Of a stretch of 64,000 bases of DNA, positions 41,629 through 52,270 are shown one piece after another. Source of the stretch: Candidatus Poribacteria bacterium (GTDB lineage Bacteria; Poribacteria; WGA-4E; PCPOR2b); contig OZ242326.1 in NCBI GenBank assembly GCA_965208325.1, forward strand, positions 4,160,001 through 4,224,000. The letters are read 5' to 3'. The notes under the pieces are model-generated. The model ran no database searches, had not been told where the DNA came from, and saw nothing but the letters and a program-made list of their open reading frames with translations. A program made the position numbers and the translations under genes. The number at the start of each line of letters is the position of its first letter. Position 1 is the stretch's first letter.

Positions 41629-42951
41629 TGTCTGAACTGTGATTTTTGTGATTAAATGATGGGCTGTGATTAAGGGAGCGTAAGAGGATTTGGGAGTTGA
41701 TGGGGTTGCGGGAGGTTACAAAAGCGTTGGGTTTCGCTCGATTCATCGGGATTCGTGCGCGTTTAGATTGACGGGTGTGGTTGGTTTTGATGGGCGGTTA
41801 TTGGGTGAATCCGCTCTACCCAACCTACAAAAACTTTGCGGACGGCATACGGAGTATGCCTGCTACTTTATCGCGGCTGGAAGCCGCTCCCACAGGGGTT
41901 CTTGTGATTAAATGATGGGATGTGATTAAGGGAGCGTATAAGGATTTGGGAGTTGATGGGGTTGCGGAAGGTTACAAAAGCGTTGGGTTTCGCGCGATTC
42001 ATCGGGATTTGTGCGCGTTTAGATTGACGGGTGTGGTTGGTTTTGATGGACGGTTATTGGGTGAATCCGCTCTACCCAACCTACAAAAACTTTGCGGACG
42101 GCATACGGAGTATGCCTGCTACTTTATCGCGGCTGGAAGCCGCTCCCACAGGGGGAGGGTCGCGATTCGGAGATGACTCGTACAGGGGTGGGAGTATTTG
42201 TAGAAGGGACTTCCGAATCCCGACGCAAGCCGACCTACAGGAGTTGTCTGAACTGTGATTCGTGTGATTAAATGATGGGCTGTGATTAAGGGAGCGTATA
42301 AGGATTTGGGAGTTGATGGGGTTGCGGGAGGTTACAAAAGCGTTGGGTTTCGCTCGATTCATCGGGATTTGTGCGCGTTTAGATTGACGGGTGTGGTTGG
42401 TTTTGATGGACGGTTATTGGGTGAATCCGCTCTACCCAACCTACAAAAACTTTGCGGACGGCATACGGAGTATGCCTGCTACTTTATCGCGGCTGGAAGC
42501 CGCTCCCACAGGAGGAGGGTCGCGATTTGGAGATGGCTCGTACAGGGGTGGGAGTATTTGTAGAAGGGACGTCCGAATCCCGACGCAAGCCGACCTACAG
42601 GAGTTGTCTGAACTGTGATTCGTGTGATTAAATGATGGGCTGTGATTAAGGGAGCGTATAAGGATTTGGGAGTTGATGGGGTTGCGGAAGGTTACAAAAG
42701 CGTTGGGTTTCGCTACATTTATTGGATTTTGTGTGCAGTGAGGTAGACATGGTGGTTCGCTAAAATGAGCGGTTATTGGGTGAATCCGCTCTACCCAACC
42801 TACAAAAACTTTGCGGACGGCATACGGAGTATGCCTGCTACTTTATCGGGAGGGTCGCGAATCGGAGATCGCTCCTACAGGATACAGTGTTGGGTTAAAG
42901 AAACGGAGTTTTGAAGAAAAAACTCCGTTTCAATGAAAAAAACTCCGTTTC
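41629..42951. repeat. Tandem array of ~360-bp composite REP-mosaic units (about 3.5 copies)
   Basis: Blocks at 41941, 42301 and 42661 repeat with 360-bp period; the first unit is only 256 bp. Confidence 0.95.
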
Positions 42952-42992
42952 AAGGAGACGCGCCGTTTCGTGTAAGGTCACGGTTCTTTTCC

Positions 42993-43021
42993 TTGCCGTG
43001 GGGCGGGTATTGTGCTATAAT
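42993..43021 (+). promoter_or_regulatory. Sigma70 promoter for smpB
   Basis: TTGCCG-17nt-TATAAT with TGn extension. Confidence 0.75.
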
Positions 43022-43029
43022 TTAAGCGG

Positions 43030-43503
43030 GTGAAAGTCGTGGCTGCACCAATCAAAATAATCACTGTTAATCGGAAAGCACGCCACGAGTATCACTTGCA
43101 GGACCGGTTTGAAGCGGGGGTTGTGCTGCAGGGCACGGAGGTAAAATCCATCCGCGCCGGCAACTTCAGCTTGACCGATAGTTACGTGCGGATTCGAGAC
43201 GGCGAGACGTTCCTGATTGATGCGCACATTCCCGCTTACACGCACGGAAACCGCGAAAACCACGAACCGAAGCGGGCGCGCAAGTTGCTTTTGCATCGGC
43301 GTGAAATCAAGAAAATCTCGGAAAAGACGCATTCGTCCGGGATGACAGTTGTGCCGACCAGAGCCTATTTTAGCGGCGGGAACGTCAAGGTTGAAATCGC
43401 GGTGGCGCGCGGCAAACAAGACTACGACAAGCGCGAAGATATGAAAAAGGATGCGGATAGGCGCGCAATCCAATCGTACAAACAGCGGTATTCAGCGCGA
43501 TAG
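43030..43503 (+). CDS. smpB: SsrA-binding protein
   Basis: NRKARHEY, GTEVKSIR, RKLLLHRREI, ARGKQDYDKRE. Confidence 0.97.
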   Translation: MKVVAAPIKIITVNRKARHEYHLQDRFEAGVVLQGTEVKSIRAGNFSLTDSYVRIRDGETFLIDAHIPAYTHGNRENHEPKRARKLLLHRREIKKISEKTHSSGMTVVPTRAYFSGGNVKVEIAVARGKQDYDKREDMKKDADRRAIQSYKQRYSAR

Positions 43504-43548
43504 CAGTGCAAGAACGGGTTTTGACCGCCGGGTTCTTGCGCACGATTT

Positions 43549-43901
43549 GGGGGTGAAAAGGTTTCGACGGAAGTAGATGAGATGAAGGTTGCATGCCGAG
43601 GTCTCCGCAGGCCTCGTTAAACAGGCGGAACAAACACAACTGCCGATTACGAAGAATTGGCTCTAGCCGCTTAAAGCGGCTACGTTCGGTTTGCCTGCGG
43701 CCCGTCGGGTTAACCGGGCGACGAGATACGGGCTGTGCGATTTGCTTGTTCTTCAGGGGCAACCCGCGAGATTTACTGGGGATAGCTAATGCGAATCCGG
43801 CATAAGGGAGCCGCTGCGGCGAAGAATTTAAACTTATGCTAAGCATGTAGTAGCCTTTGTTGAAATGCCTCCGGACGCGGGTTCGATTCCCGCCACCTCC
43901 A
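43549..43901 (+). ncRNA. ssrA: tmRNA; tag ORF 43642-43674 encoding (A)ADYEELALAA
   Basis: 5' GGGGGTG...TTCGAC and 3' GGTTCGATTCCCGCCACCTCCA form an acceptor stem with G3.U; tag ends LAA-stop; directly follows smpB. Confidence 0.95.
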
Positions 43902-44002
43902 TCACGTTATTTGGTTCGCTAGTTTGGTTGAAGCACACTCATTCTTTGATAGGCTTGGCAACTGTGCAGCCTAGTTTTGGATTTACCATTTGAAAGATTG
44001 TT

Positions 44003-46525
44003 GTGCGTGAATTAGGAAACAACAGTTTCTTGATTAAATGCTGGAGCATGACGTGTGCGGCAATCAAGAGTGCAATTGCGCTCGGATTGATCGTGTGCAC
44101 GATTGGGAGGGTATCCGTTGCCCGCGATCCGGTCGTACCACCGGTCGTCACCTTCGATACCGTGGTCGTGACAGCAACCCGCGTCGAGGAACCGCTGCAG
44201 CAAGTGCCGCTTAGCATCTCGGCGGTGACCGGTGCAGACCTTGAGCAGCGGGCCATCGGGAACCTCACGGAGTTGGCACGCTGGATGCCCGGTTTCGCCG
44301 TGGTAGACCAGGGTGCGCGCGGCAGCAACGCCATCATCGCCCGCGGACTCAACACGGATTCGTTGAGCGGATCGGAGTTCAACGGCAACAACTACAACAA
44401 TAGCGTCGCCACATATCTCGGGGACATCCCCCTAGCGGTTGACCTGCGGCTGCACGACATTGAGCGGGTCGAAGTGCTACTCGGACCGCAAGGGACGCTG
44501 TACGGCGCCGGCACGCTAGCAGGGGCGGTTCGCTACCTGCCGCGCCGGCCCGACACCGGGCGGCGCACGTTCGAGGGACGCGGCGACCTGTTCGCCCTGG
44601 CGCACGGCGGCGTGCCCGGCTCGGATGCCGGTGTCACGTTCAACCTGCCGCTGGTTTCGCGCAAACTAGCACTACGCGGCTCGGTCGACTACTACGTCGA
44701 CCCCGGATTCATAGACTACGACTATCTGTTGCGCACGCCCGGCGTCTCCGAGCCGGAACCGGACCTGAGCGACCCCGGCGCGGTAGAAGCAAACCTGCGC
44801 AGCGAGCCGGATGCCAACACCGAGGAGACGGTTGCGTCGCGTCTCTCGCTGTTATGGGAGGCGACCGCGGAGCTGTCGGCTCTTTTCACCTACCATCTAC
44901 AGGATCAGCGGGTCGGCGCGCGCCAGATCAACCATGTCAAGTCGTTCGACACCGGCCGCTACGTCGCGGCGCATCGCTACCTTGAGCCAAACGATCGCAG
45001 GAACCAGTTGTGGAGTTTGGAACTGACCTGGACGCCGGATTGGGCGGAGTTGACCACCGCGGTCGGCTACTCCCGTTTTACGGAGGAGGGTCAGCGCGAC
45101 CAAACCGACCTGCTGATCCAGGCCTTCGGCATCAAGGGGCTGCTGCCGGCGGAGTTCCCGGCGTTAGCGCAGGCTCAGGCGTTGGATCCGAACGTCTCTG
45201 CCACCGACCTGACGGCGCAGTTCCGGTCTTTCTCGGCGTACACGCATGAAGACTCCTGGGAGGAGCGTTTCAACTGGGAGACGCGGCTAGTCTCGACGGG
45301 CGATGGACCGTGGCGCTGGGTCGGCGGCGTCTTTTTCAACAACTACGACAGTAGCGGGACGAGCTTTGAATTCACGCCCGGGCTGACGGAATTTTCGGGC
45401 ATCACGCCCGTCCGGGGAGGTGTGCCGGAATCCGAACCGGTCGAGTACTACAGCGTCGACAGCCAGTCAGTAGGAGAGCGCGCCCTGTTCGGGGAAATCT
45501 CGCGCGACCTGGGCGAGCGCTTGCAAGTAACGGTCGGCGGCCGCTGGTTTGGCTACCTCATCGACACCGGCAGCCTGACCGAGTTTCCCTATACACCGCT
45601 GTACAATTCGCCGTTCACCGCCTTCGAGTCCGACGACCGCGGGGTGCTGCTCAAGGCAAGCGTCAGCCACCGTTTCGACGACCAGACGAGCGCCTACTTT
45701 ACCCGATCGGAAGGCTACCGCATCGGCGGCGGCAACAACTTCCGCGTCTGCAGCGACGAGGAGATTGCGCTGCTCAGCGACGCGAATCCCGACAACGACC
45801 CGCCGCAATCCGGCTGCATCTACGAGGACCAGGCTCTGATTAAGCCCGACAGGACGACCAACTACGAGGTGGGTTTGCGGCGCTCGTGGAGCAACAGGCG
45901 TTTCCTTGCCAGCGGTACGCTGTTCCACGTGGACTGGACGGACATTCAAGTCGCGGGCGAGACGCCTTTCAGCGCGCAGCCGATTATTCTGAACGGCGCC
46001 GCGGCCATAAGCCGCGGCGTGGAGGTCTCCGGTGCCGCCGCGCTGTCGAGTGCGCTGCTCCTGCGCGGGAATTGGTCGTACACGCACGCGGAGCTGAGTC
46101 AGGATTCGCCAGGTCTGCTCGCTGACGGCGCCGACACCTTCAAGGGCGACCGCCTGCCGGGCGCGCCGCGGCAGCAAGGCAGCCTGCTGGCATCCTACGG
46201 CGTGCAGCTAGGCGGGGGGACTACGCTGGATCTGCTGTACGGCTACACCTACGTTGGCGACGTGCTCACGCGAATCGGTCTGCGCGCCGGCGGCGAAGTG
46301 CTGCCGGCGTACGACCTCCACAACTTATCGGCGGCAGTCTTGGTGGACGGCTGGACGCTTACGTTCTACGCCGACAACTTGTTCGACAAGTACGCCGTAA
46401 CCGGCGTGCGCCAGACGCCTGACCAGATTGGTACCACGGAGGACGGTTTCCGTGCACGCCGCTACTTCGCCAACGTGCTGACCCCGCGGCGAGTGGGTGC
46501 GCGCATCCGCTACTCGTTTCAGTAA
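44003..46525 (+). CDS. TonB-dependent receptor
   Basis: TonB box DTVVVTATR, ERVEVLLGPQGTLYGAG, DNLFDK, terminal RYSF; start uncertain. Confidence 0.93.
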   Translation: MRELGNNSFLIKCWSMTCAAIKSAIALGLIVCTIGRVSVARDPVVPPVVTFDTVVVTATRVEEPLQQVPLSISAVTGADLEQRAIGNLTELARWMPGFAVVDQGARGSNAIIARGLNTDSLSGSEFNGNNYNNSVATYLGDIPLAVDLRLHDIERVEVLLGPQGTLYGAGTLAGAVRYLPRRPDTGRRTFEGRGDLFALAHGGVPGSDAGVTFNLPLVSRKLALRGSVDYYVDPGFIDYDYLLRTPGVSEPEPDLSDPGAVEANLRSEPDANTEETVASRLSLLWEATAELSALFTYHLQDQRVGARQINHVKSFDTGRYVAAHRYLEPNDRRNQLWSLELTWTPDWAELTTAVGYSRFTEEGQRDQTDLLIQAFGIKGLLPAEFPALAQAQALDPNVSATDLTAQFRSFSAYTHEDSWEERFNWETRLVSTGDGPWRWVGGVFFNNYDSSGTSFEFTPGLTEFSGITPVRGGVPESEPVEYYSVDSQSVGERALFGEISRDLGERLQVTVGGRWFGYLIDTGSLTEFPYTPLYNSPFTAFESDDRGVLLKASVSHRFDDQTSAYFTRSEGYRIGGGNNFRVCSDEEIALLSDANPDNDPPQSGCIYEDQALIKPDRTTNYEVGLRRSWSNRRFLASGTLFHVDWTDIQVAGETPFSAQPIILNGAAAISRGVEVSGAAALSSALLLRGNWSYTHAELSQDSPGLLADGADTFKGDRLPGAPRQQGSLLASYGVQLGGGTTLDLLYGYTYVGDVLTRIGLRAGGEVLPAYDLHNLSAAVLVDGWTLTFYADNLFDKYAVTGVRQTPDQIGTTEDGFRARRYFANVLTPRRVGARIRYSFQ

Positions 46526-46579
46526 ATCTTGGGCGATCAACTGAGCGAATAGCGAAGGCGATAGTCTTGTCTTAATTGT

Positions 46580-46862
46580 GAGACGTTTCGGTTGCCGGTT
46601 GTCGGTCGGAACGATAAATACGATTTGAATGGAAAAAACAAGAGGGTTGTTTGGAATTCGGGAGGTGTTGGTGTTTGAAAGTCGTTTTGGTTTCCGGAGG
46701 TTACAAAAGCGTTGGGTTTCGCTCCAATCATCGAATTTTGTACGCGGTTAGGTTGACGGTGCGGTAAGTTTTGATGGACGGTTATTGGATGAATCCGCTC
46801 TACCCAACCTACAAAAACTGGTGCGATCAAAAAACCGAGTTTTGAAGAAAAAACTCGGTTTT
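46580..46862. repeat. REP mosaic (long-loop REP plus AAACCGAG hairpin)
   Basis: Homologous to 60105-60340; hairpin at 46832-46861. Confidence 0.85.
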
Positions 46863-46920
46863 AAGTGAAGGTTGCGGTTCGGAATTCGTTCGTACCTAAG
46901 TTAAGGGGATTTTGGCTAAG

Positions 46921-47307
46921 ATGGCTGAGTTTCAACGCTTGCCATCTCGAATTCGTGATACGGTCACATCGGAAATTGGTGCGGATGAGCAAATCGAGTT
47001 ATGTTTGCTCGGCAGATCGAATTTCCTAAGCCCGGATTTTGTTGTCATCACTTCACATCGGTTGTTGGTGCTCGAAGAACGCAGTATGGGGAGCTTGGGG
47101 GCGTCCTACACCAACATTCGGTGCAACCTTGTGTTTTCCGAAATTTCGGCGGTAAAGCTGAGCCGTCGTTGGAAACACCGACTGTTACGCCAAGCCTGCG
47201 TCGAAATTGATAAACGTAACAGCGATAGATATCTCATCAATCGTGTGAGTCTGCGTGAAGCCAAACTGGCGCTCGAATTGATTTCCACACAGATTCAGCC
47301 GGATTGA
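46921..47307 (+). CDS. Hypothetical protein, bacterial PH-domain-like
   Basis: FVVITSHRLLVL...FSEISAVKL pattern. Confidence 0.5.
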   Translation: MAEFQRLPSRIRDTVTSEIGADEQIELCLLGRSNFLSPDFVVITSHRLLVLEERSMGSLGASYTNIRCNLVFSEISAVKLSRRWKHRLLRQACVEIDKRNSDRYLINRVSLREAKLALELISTQIQPD

Positions 47308-47361
47308 GAATGGGGCTTGCCCCCCAGATGCGCACCGCATTTCAGGTATGAGATATTAATC

Positions 47362-48042
47362 ATGTTGGAATTTCTCGTTGAACTCACCCATTGGTATAAC
47401 CTGTTGTTCGTGCTGCCCGTCCTCGCCGCGCTCATTTATCTATTCTTGCACACCATGACAGCCTCTGACATCGGCGGTTTAGAGGCAGGATTCGGGGATT
47501 TGAGTGTCATAGCGGCAGAGCGGCTGCCCACGGTGCAAGAACGCACGGTATTGGTTCGCTTCTTCACGTTTCTGAATGCGGGCCGCCTCCCGCCATTAAT
47601 GGTTGTTGCGCCCTTTTTTCTTTGCTGGGGATTTATCGGGTTCGTTTGTAATCACTGGTTCGTCCCGTTGTTCGAGGGCATGGTGTTGCTAGCCGTGCTG
47701 GTTTCAGCGTTGACGGCTTTCGTCCTCAGCAGCCTGGTGACGCGGTTGTTGTCGCAAGTCATCGCCTTCGTTTTCCCGACCGCTCAAGCGGCTGAAATCC
47801 AGCGAACCGATCTGGTGGGAACGGTTGCGACGGTTACGAGCATTGACGTGAACGCGGATTTTGGTATGGCGCGCACGGAAGACGTTCCTTTCAACGTGAC
47901 GATATTCTGCCGGGTTGACGAAGGGGAGGCGCGTATTAAGCAGGGCCAGCGAGTTGTATTGTGGGATTATGACCCGCAGATGAATTGCTATAAGGTGCAG
48001 GAATTTAACGAGGATGGATTGGAGGACGATCGGGGAGGTTAG
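47362..48042 (+). CDS. YqiJ/NfeD-like membrane protein with C-terminal OB fold
   Basis: TM helices, FLNAGRLP, DLVGTVATV, IKQGQRVVLWDY. Confidence 0.65.
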   Translation: MLEFLVELTHWYNLLFVLPVLAALIYLFLHTMTASDIGGLEAGFGDLSVIAAERLPTVQERTVLVRFFTFLNAGRLPPLMVVAPFFLCWGFIGFVCNHWFVPLFEGMVLLAVLVSALTAFVLSSLVTRLLSQVIAFVFPTAQAAEIQRTDLVGTVATVTSIDVNADFGMARTEDVPFNVTIFCRVDEGEARIKQGQRVVLWDYDPQMNCYKVQEFNEDGLEDDRGG

Positions 48043-48054
48043 GGCGAGGGAGGC

Positions 48055-48330
48055 TGTCTTAACTGTGGCTTTTGTAATTGAATGATGGGGTGTGATTAAG
48101 TGAACGTAGCGTTGTTGTAACCCCCCTCAGTCCCCCCTTGGTAAGGGGGGAGGCGAAAGAGATGCCCCGTTGGTAAGGGGGGAGGATACATGTGCCCTCT
48201 ATTATGAAGAAACCGAGTTTTGAAGAAAAAACTCGGTTTCAAATTAGGGTCGCGATACGGAGATTGTTCCTACAGGAGACAGTGTTGCGTTTAAGAAACG
48301 GATTATTGAAGAAAAATTCGGGTTCAAATA
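48055..48330. repeat. REP mosaic spacer
   Basis: TGTCTTAACTGTG module, CCCCCCTTGGTAAGGGGGG hairpin, AAACCGAG hairpin (48210-48239), ...CCTACA module. Confidence 0.8.
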
Positions 48331-48421
48331 CTGAATTACTGCTTGCCTTCTGCACGGTAAAACATTTATAATACAAAGCGCATCGTCGGTGGACATAATA
48401 AAATTACACGGAGGAGCAACC

Positions 48422-48928
48422 ATGGTAGAGGTAGAAGTTGCACTCATTACTGTTGATACGAGAGTAAACATGCCGATAGTCCTTCTGAAAGAGAAGGAAG
48501 GCAGTCCGAAGCGGGTATTGCCAATCTGGATTGGACAAGCGGAAGCTACGGCGATCCAATTAAAACTTAAGAACGCGCCCAGTACCCCCCGCCCAATGAC
48601 GCACGATTTGATGAAGAACCTCATTGAAAGCCTTGATGCTCGGGTTGATTCGATTTTTGTTCATTCAGTGATTGCATCGGAGGGCGAAGGCGGCACATAC
48701 TTGGGCCAGATTAACCTTGAGGTGGCTGGTAAGAAAATCGAGGTCGATTCCCGTCCGAGCGACGCAATCGCGCTCGCATTAAGGCTCGAAGCGCCCATTC
48801 ATGTTGCCGACCAGATTCTGGAAGATAACGGATTTTCCGAAGACGAATTAAAAGATTCGGGCAAGGAAGCCGCGAAGAGCGCCCTTGAGAATTTGGACGA
48901 GGACGCGTTGGGGCGGTACAGTGTGTAG
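48422..48928 (+). CDS. Bifunctional nuclease family protein (DUF151)
   Basis: LPIWIGQAEA, RPMTHDL, DSRPSDAIALALR. Confidence 0.92.
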   Translation: MVEVEVALITVDTRVNMPIVLLKEKEGSPKRVLPIWIGQAEATAIQLKLKNAPSTPRPMTHDLMKNLIESLDARVDSIFVHSVIASEGEGGTYLGQINLEVAGKKIEVDSRPSDAIALALRLEAPIHVADQILEDNGFSEDELKDSGKEAAKSALENLDEDALGRYSV

Positions 48929-49108
48929 CCGTAGCGTTTGGCAAGCGTAATCGCTGAATATTTACGGTCTAATTGATTTAATCAGTTACCTATCTACGTA
49001 TCATGCAGTTTTTTTACCGTTGATATGGTTTGAGGTTAGCCGCCGCCGTGTTGTGGGCCGACGGCATGTGTATGCGAAACCCCTATCTTTGGCAAGGTGG
49101 AAATTCGG

Positions 49109-49294
49109 ATGAAAGTCCTCAGAAATGTCGCGTTATTGGTGTTAATCTTGGTGCTTGTCTATATAGCGCTAGAAATAATAACGACGTTTGTCTTCCCGTT
49201 AATCGCTTGGGTCATTAACATCGTCATTACGCTGGTGCTGCTTGTTGCGATTGGCGTTGCGCTTGTTTATTTGTACCGAAAACTTAAGGCGTAG
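49109..49294 (+). CDS. Small membrane protein (2 TM)
   Basis: 61-aa hydrophobic ORF with basic termini, followed by a terminator. Confidence 0.6.
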   Translation: MKVLRNVALLVLILVLVYIALEIITTFVFPLIAWVINIVITLVLLVAIGVALVYLYRKLKA

Positions 49295-49383
49295 CGGGTA
49301 GTTGGACGGATGCCGGTTCGGTTCGGAAGCCGTATCTGCCGGTGGTGTGAAATAATTTGTTTCGTTGAGATTTGGGGATATTG

Positions 49384-49420
49384 AGCCGAGGGAGCGTGGT
49401 TTGCGCTACTCGGCTTTTTT
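49384..49420 (+). terminator. Intrinsic terminator
   Basis: AGCCGAG...CTCGGCT stem plus T-run. Confidence 0.75.
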
Positions 49421-49453
49421 TGTGTTGTTTGGGGGGAGTTATGGAGGAAAAAT

Positions 49454-51145
49454 GCGCGGCAAGATGCCGCGCCTACGGCGTGTGGTGTGGGGCGAGGTGC
49501 GGTACGTGCGGTTGATGTAAGCGCGGCAAGATGGTGCGCCTACACATCCCACCCGTAGGCGCGGCGTCCCGCCGCGCGAATTTTTTAGGTGCGGCAAATT
49601 ACGTTGCAAACGTTGGATTTGTGCGGGGTGTGTCAATGTTGAAGAAACCGAGTTTTGAAGAAAAAACTCGGTTTAGAATGCGGGTTGAGATGCGGTACGT
49701 GCGGGTTGATATGAGCGCGGCAAGATGGTGCGCCTACACATCCCACCCGTAGGCGCGGCGTCCCGCCGCGCGAATTTTTTAGGTGCGGCAAATTACGTTG
49801 CAAACGGTGGATGTGTGTGGGGTGTGTCAATGTTGAAGAAACCGAGTTTTGAAGAAAAAACTCGGTTTGAAATGCGGGTTGAGGTGCGGTACGTGCGGTT
49901 GATGTAAGCGCGGCAAGATGGTGCGCCTACACATCCCACCCCGTAGGCGCGGCGTCTCGCCGCGCGTATTTCTTATGTGCGGCAAATTGCGTTGCAAACG
50001 GTAGATATGTGTGGGGTGTGTCAATGTTGAAGAAACCGAGTTTTGAAGAAAAAACACGGTTTCAAATGCGGGTTGAGATTCGGCGTGTGTGGTTGACATA
50101 AGCGCGGCAAGATGCCGCGCCTACGGCGGGGGTGTGGGTTGAGATTCGGCGTGTGCGGTTGACATAAGCGCGGCAAGATGCCGCGCCTACGGGGGAAGGG
50201 TGTAGGTGTGGCGTCATGGCGCGCGTATTTCTTATGTGCGGCAAATTGCGTTGCAAACGGTAGATATGTGTGGGGTGTGTCAATGTTGAAGAAACCGAGT
50301 TTTGAAGAAAAAACTCGGTTTGAAGTGAGGGTTGAGATTCGGCGTGTGTGGTTGACATAAGCGCGGCAAGATGGTGTGCCTACACATCCCACCCCGTAGG
50401 CGCGGCGTCTCGCCGCGCGTATTTCTTAGGTGCGGCAAATTGCGTTGCAAACGGTAGATATGTGTGGGGTGTGTCAATGTTGAAGAAACCGAGTTTTGAA
50501 GAAAAAACACGGTTTCAAATGCGGGTTGAGATTCGGCGTGTGCGGGTTGATGTAAGCGCGGCAAGATGGTGCGCCTACACATCCCACCCCGTAGGCGCGG
50601 CGTCTCGCCGCGCGTATTTCCTGGGTGCGGCAGATTGCGTTGCAAACGGTAGATATGTGTGGGGTGTGTCAATGTTGAAGAAACCGAGTTTTGAAGAAAA
50701 AACTCGGTTTGAAGTGAGGGTTGAGATTCGGCGTGTGTGGTTGACATAAGCGCGGCAAGATGGTGTGCCTACACATCCCACCCCGTAGGCGCGGCGTCTC
50801 GCCGCGCAAATTTCCTGCGTGTGGGAAGTTGCGTTGCAAACGGTAGATATGTGTGGGGTGTGTCAATGTTGAAGAAACCGAGTTTTGAAGAAAAAACTCG
50901 GTTTGAAATGCGGGTTGAGGTGCGGTGTGTGCGGTTGAAATGAGCGCGGCAAGATGCCGCGCCTACGGCGGGGGTGAGGGTTGAGATTCGGTGTGTGCGG
51001 TTGAAATGAGCGCGGCAAGATGGTGCGCCTACGGGTGGTGTGGGGCGAGACGGCGCGGGTATGGTGGGTGGGGGTTACGGCGTGCGGTGGTGTGTGTAGT
51101 GCGATTTTGAAGAAGATTACGGCACACGGAGTGTGCCTATTACTT
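49454..51145. repeat. Tandem array of ~194-bp REPIN-like units (7 AAACCGAG hairpin copies)
   Basis: AATGTTGAAGAAACCGAG at 49635, 49829, 50023, 50282, 50476, 50671, 50865. Confidence 0.96.
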
Positions 51146-51294
51146 TGATTTTTTGTTTGATTCTCGAATGATTATCTGTTACAATCGTGATGTTTGCGAA
51201 TTGGATTCTCGGACATCAATTTGGTTTTACGCAGATAGGTATGCGCATGCCCGATAAATTTGCCGTCCTACCCGCCGATGAAGGGAGGCAGTAA

Positions 51295-51726
51295 ATGGAC
51301 GCACGAACACTATCGTCACCCATTCACACGCTGAATCTGAATGAACCTTGTTATGTGGACCTCGGCACTCCTGTACTGGAGGTAATCAACCTCATGCAGG
51401 AGGGTCAATTTGGGTGTGTGCTGGTTGTCGATAACCGCGACCAACTTGTCGGCATCGTCACCGAGCGTGATTTTCTTGTCAAAATCATGGGTAAGCAGAT
51501 TGATCCGGCGGATGTGATTGTGGATGCGATAATGACGCCGTCGCCGGAATGCTTGCGTCCGACCGATACCGTTGCATTTGCCTTGAACCTCATGCAGTTA
51601 GGGCACTACCGGCATATTCCACTAGTGATTCGCGATGACAAAGACAAATATCCCGTAAGTGTTGTGTCGATTAAGGACATCCTGAACCATGTTGCCGCGT
51701 TTTTGGAGACAGGTAAGGAGGAATAG
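51295..51726 (+). CDS. CBS domain protein
   Basis: VLVVD..LVGIVTERD, IMTPSP, YRHIPLV. Confidence 0.9.
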   Translation: MDARTLSSPIHTLNLNEPCYVDLGTPVLEVINLMQEGQFGCVLVVDNRDQLVGIVTERDFLVKIMGKQIDPADVIVDAIMTPSPECLRPTDTVAFALNLMQLGHYRHIPLVIRDDKDKYPVSVVSIKDILNHVAAFLETGKEE

Positions 51727-51729
51727 CAT

Positions 51730-52269
51730 ATGCTTTACGAGGAAATGGTTGACGAAGAGCTGGCGATTATGGATGAAGAGCCCGAAGAACCCTCAAAAAC
51801 TTTGAGTCCGCCGGCAATTCAGGTGCCGCTAAGTTCTCTGATGCGTTCGCCCGTTACCATTGAGATGGGGGCTAGTGTACAAGAGGCGATTAATCTGATG
51901 ATTGAGAATCGGGTCGGTGCTATCCTCGTCGTATCCGATGGGGTGCTCAAGGGCATTTTCGGTGAACGCGATGTACTTCTGAAAATTTTGAACAAACCGG
52001 TGGGGGATGTATCGGAGATTCCGGTCGAGAATTTTATGAAATTTGATCCGCATACGGCGCGGGTAGAGGATTCGCTCGACACGGCGGTATTTCATATGGC
52101 GCGGGGCGGATTCCGCCATATCCCGGTCGTAAATGAGTTGAACCAACCGGTTGGGATGGTTTCGACACGGCATATTGTGTCGTATATAATTGATCATTAC
52201 CCGCAAGAGGTGTTGACGTTGCCGCCGGAGCCGGTTCGGAAGGCGATGCAGGCGAGGGAAGGGGCGTAG
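51730..52269 (+). CDS. CBS domain protein
   Basis: VGAILVV..LKGIFGERD, GFRHIPVV, PVGMVS. Confidence 0.9.
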   Translation: MLYEEMVDEELAIMDEEPEEPSKTLSPPAIQVPLSSLMRSPVTIEMGASVQEAINLMIENRVGAILVVSDGVLKGIFGERDVLLKILNKPVGDVSEIPVENFMKFDPHTARVEDSLDTAVFHMARGGFRHIPVVNELNQPVGMVSTRHIVSYIIDHYPQEVLTLPPEPVRKAMQAREGA

Positions 52270-52270
52270 G

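Noticed and set aside
43593..43805. 70-aa ORF, and antisense ORF 43385..43846
   Set aside because: They lie within or across the tmRNA; only the tag frame is meaningful
43902..44050. Cobalamin riboswitch, or prophage/island att site before the TonB receptor
   Set aside because: No B12-box consensus, integrase or duplicated ssrA 3' end found in the window
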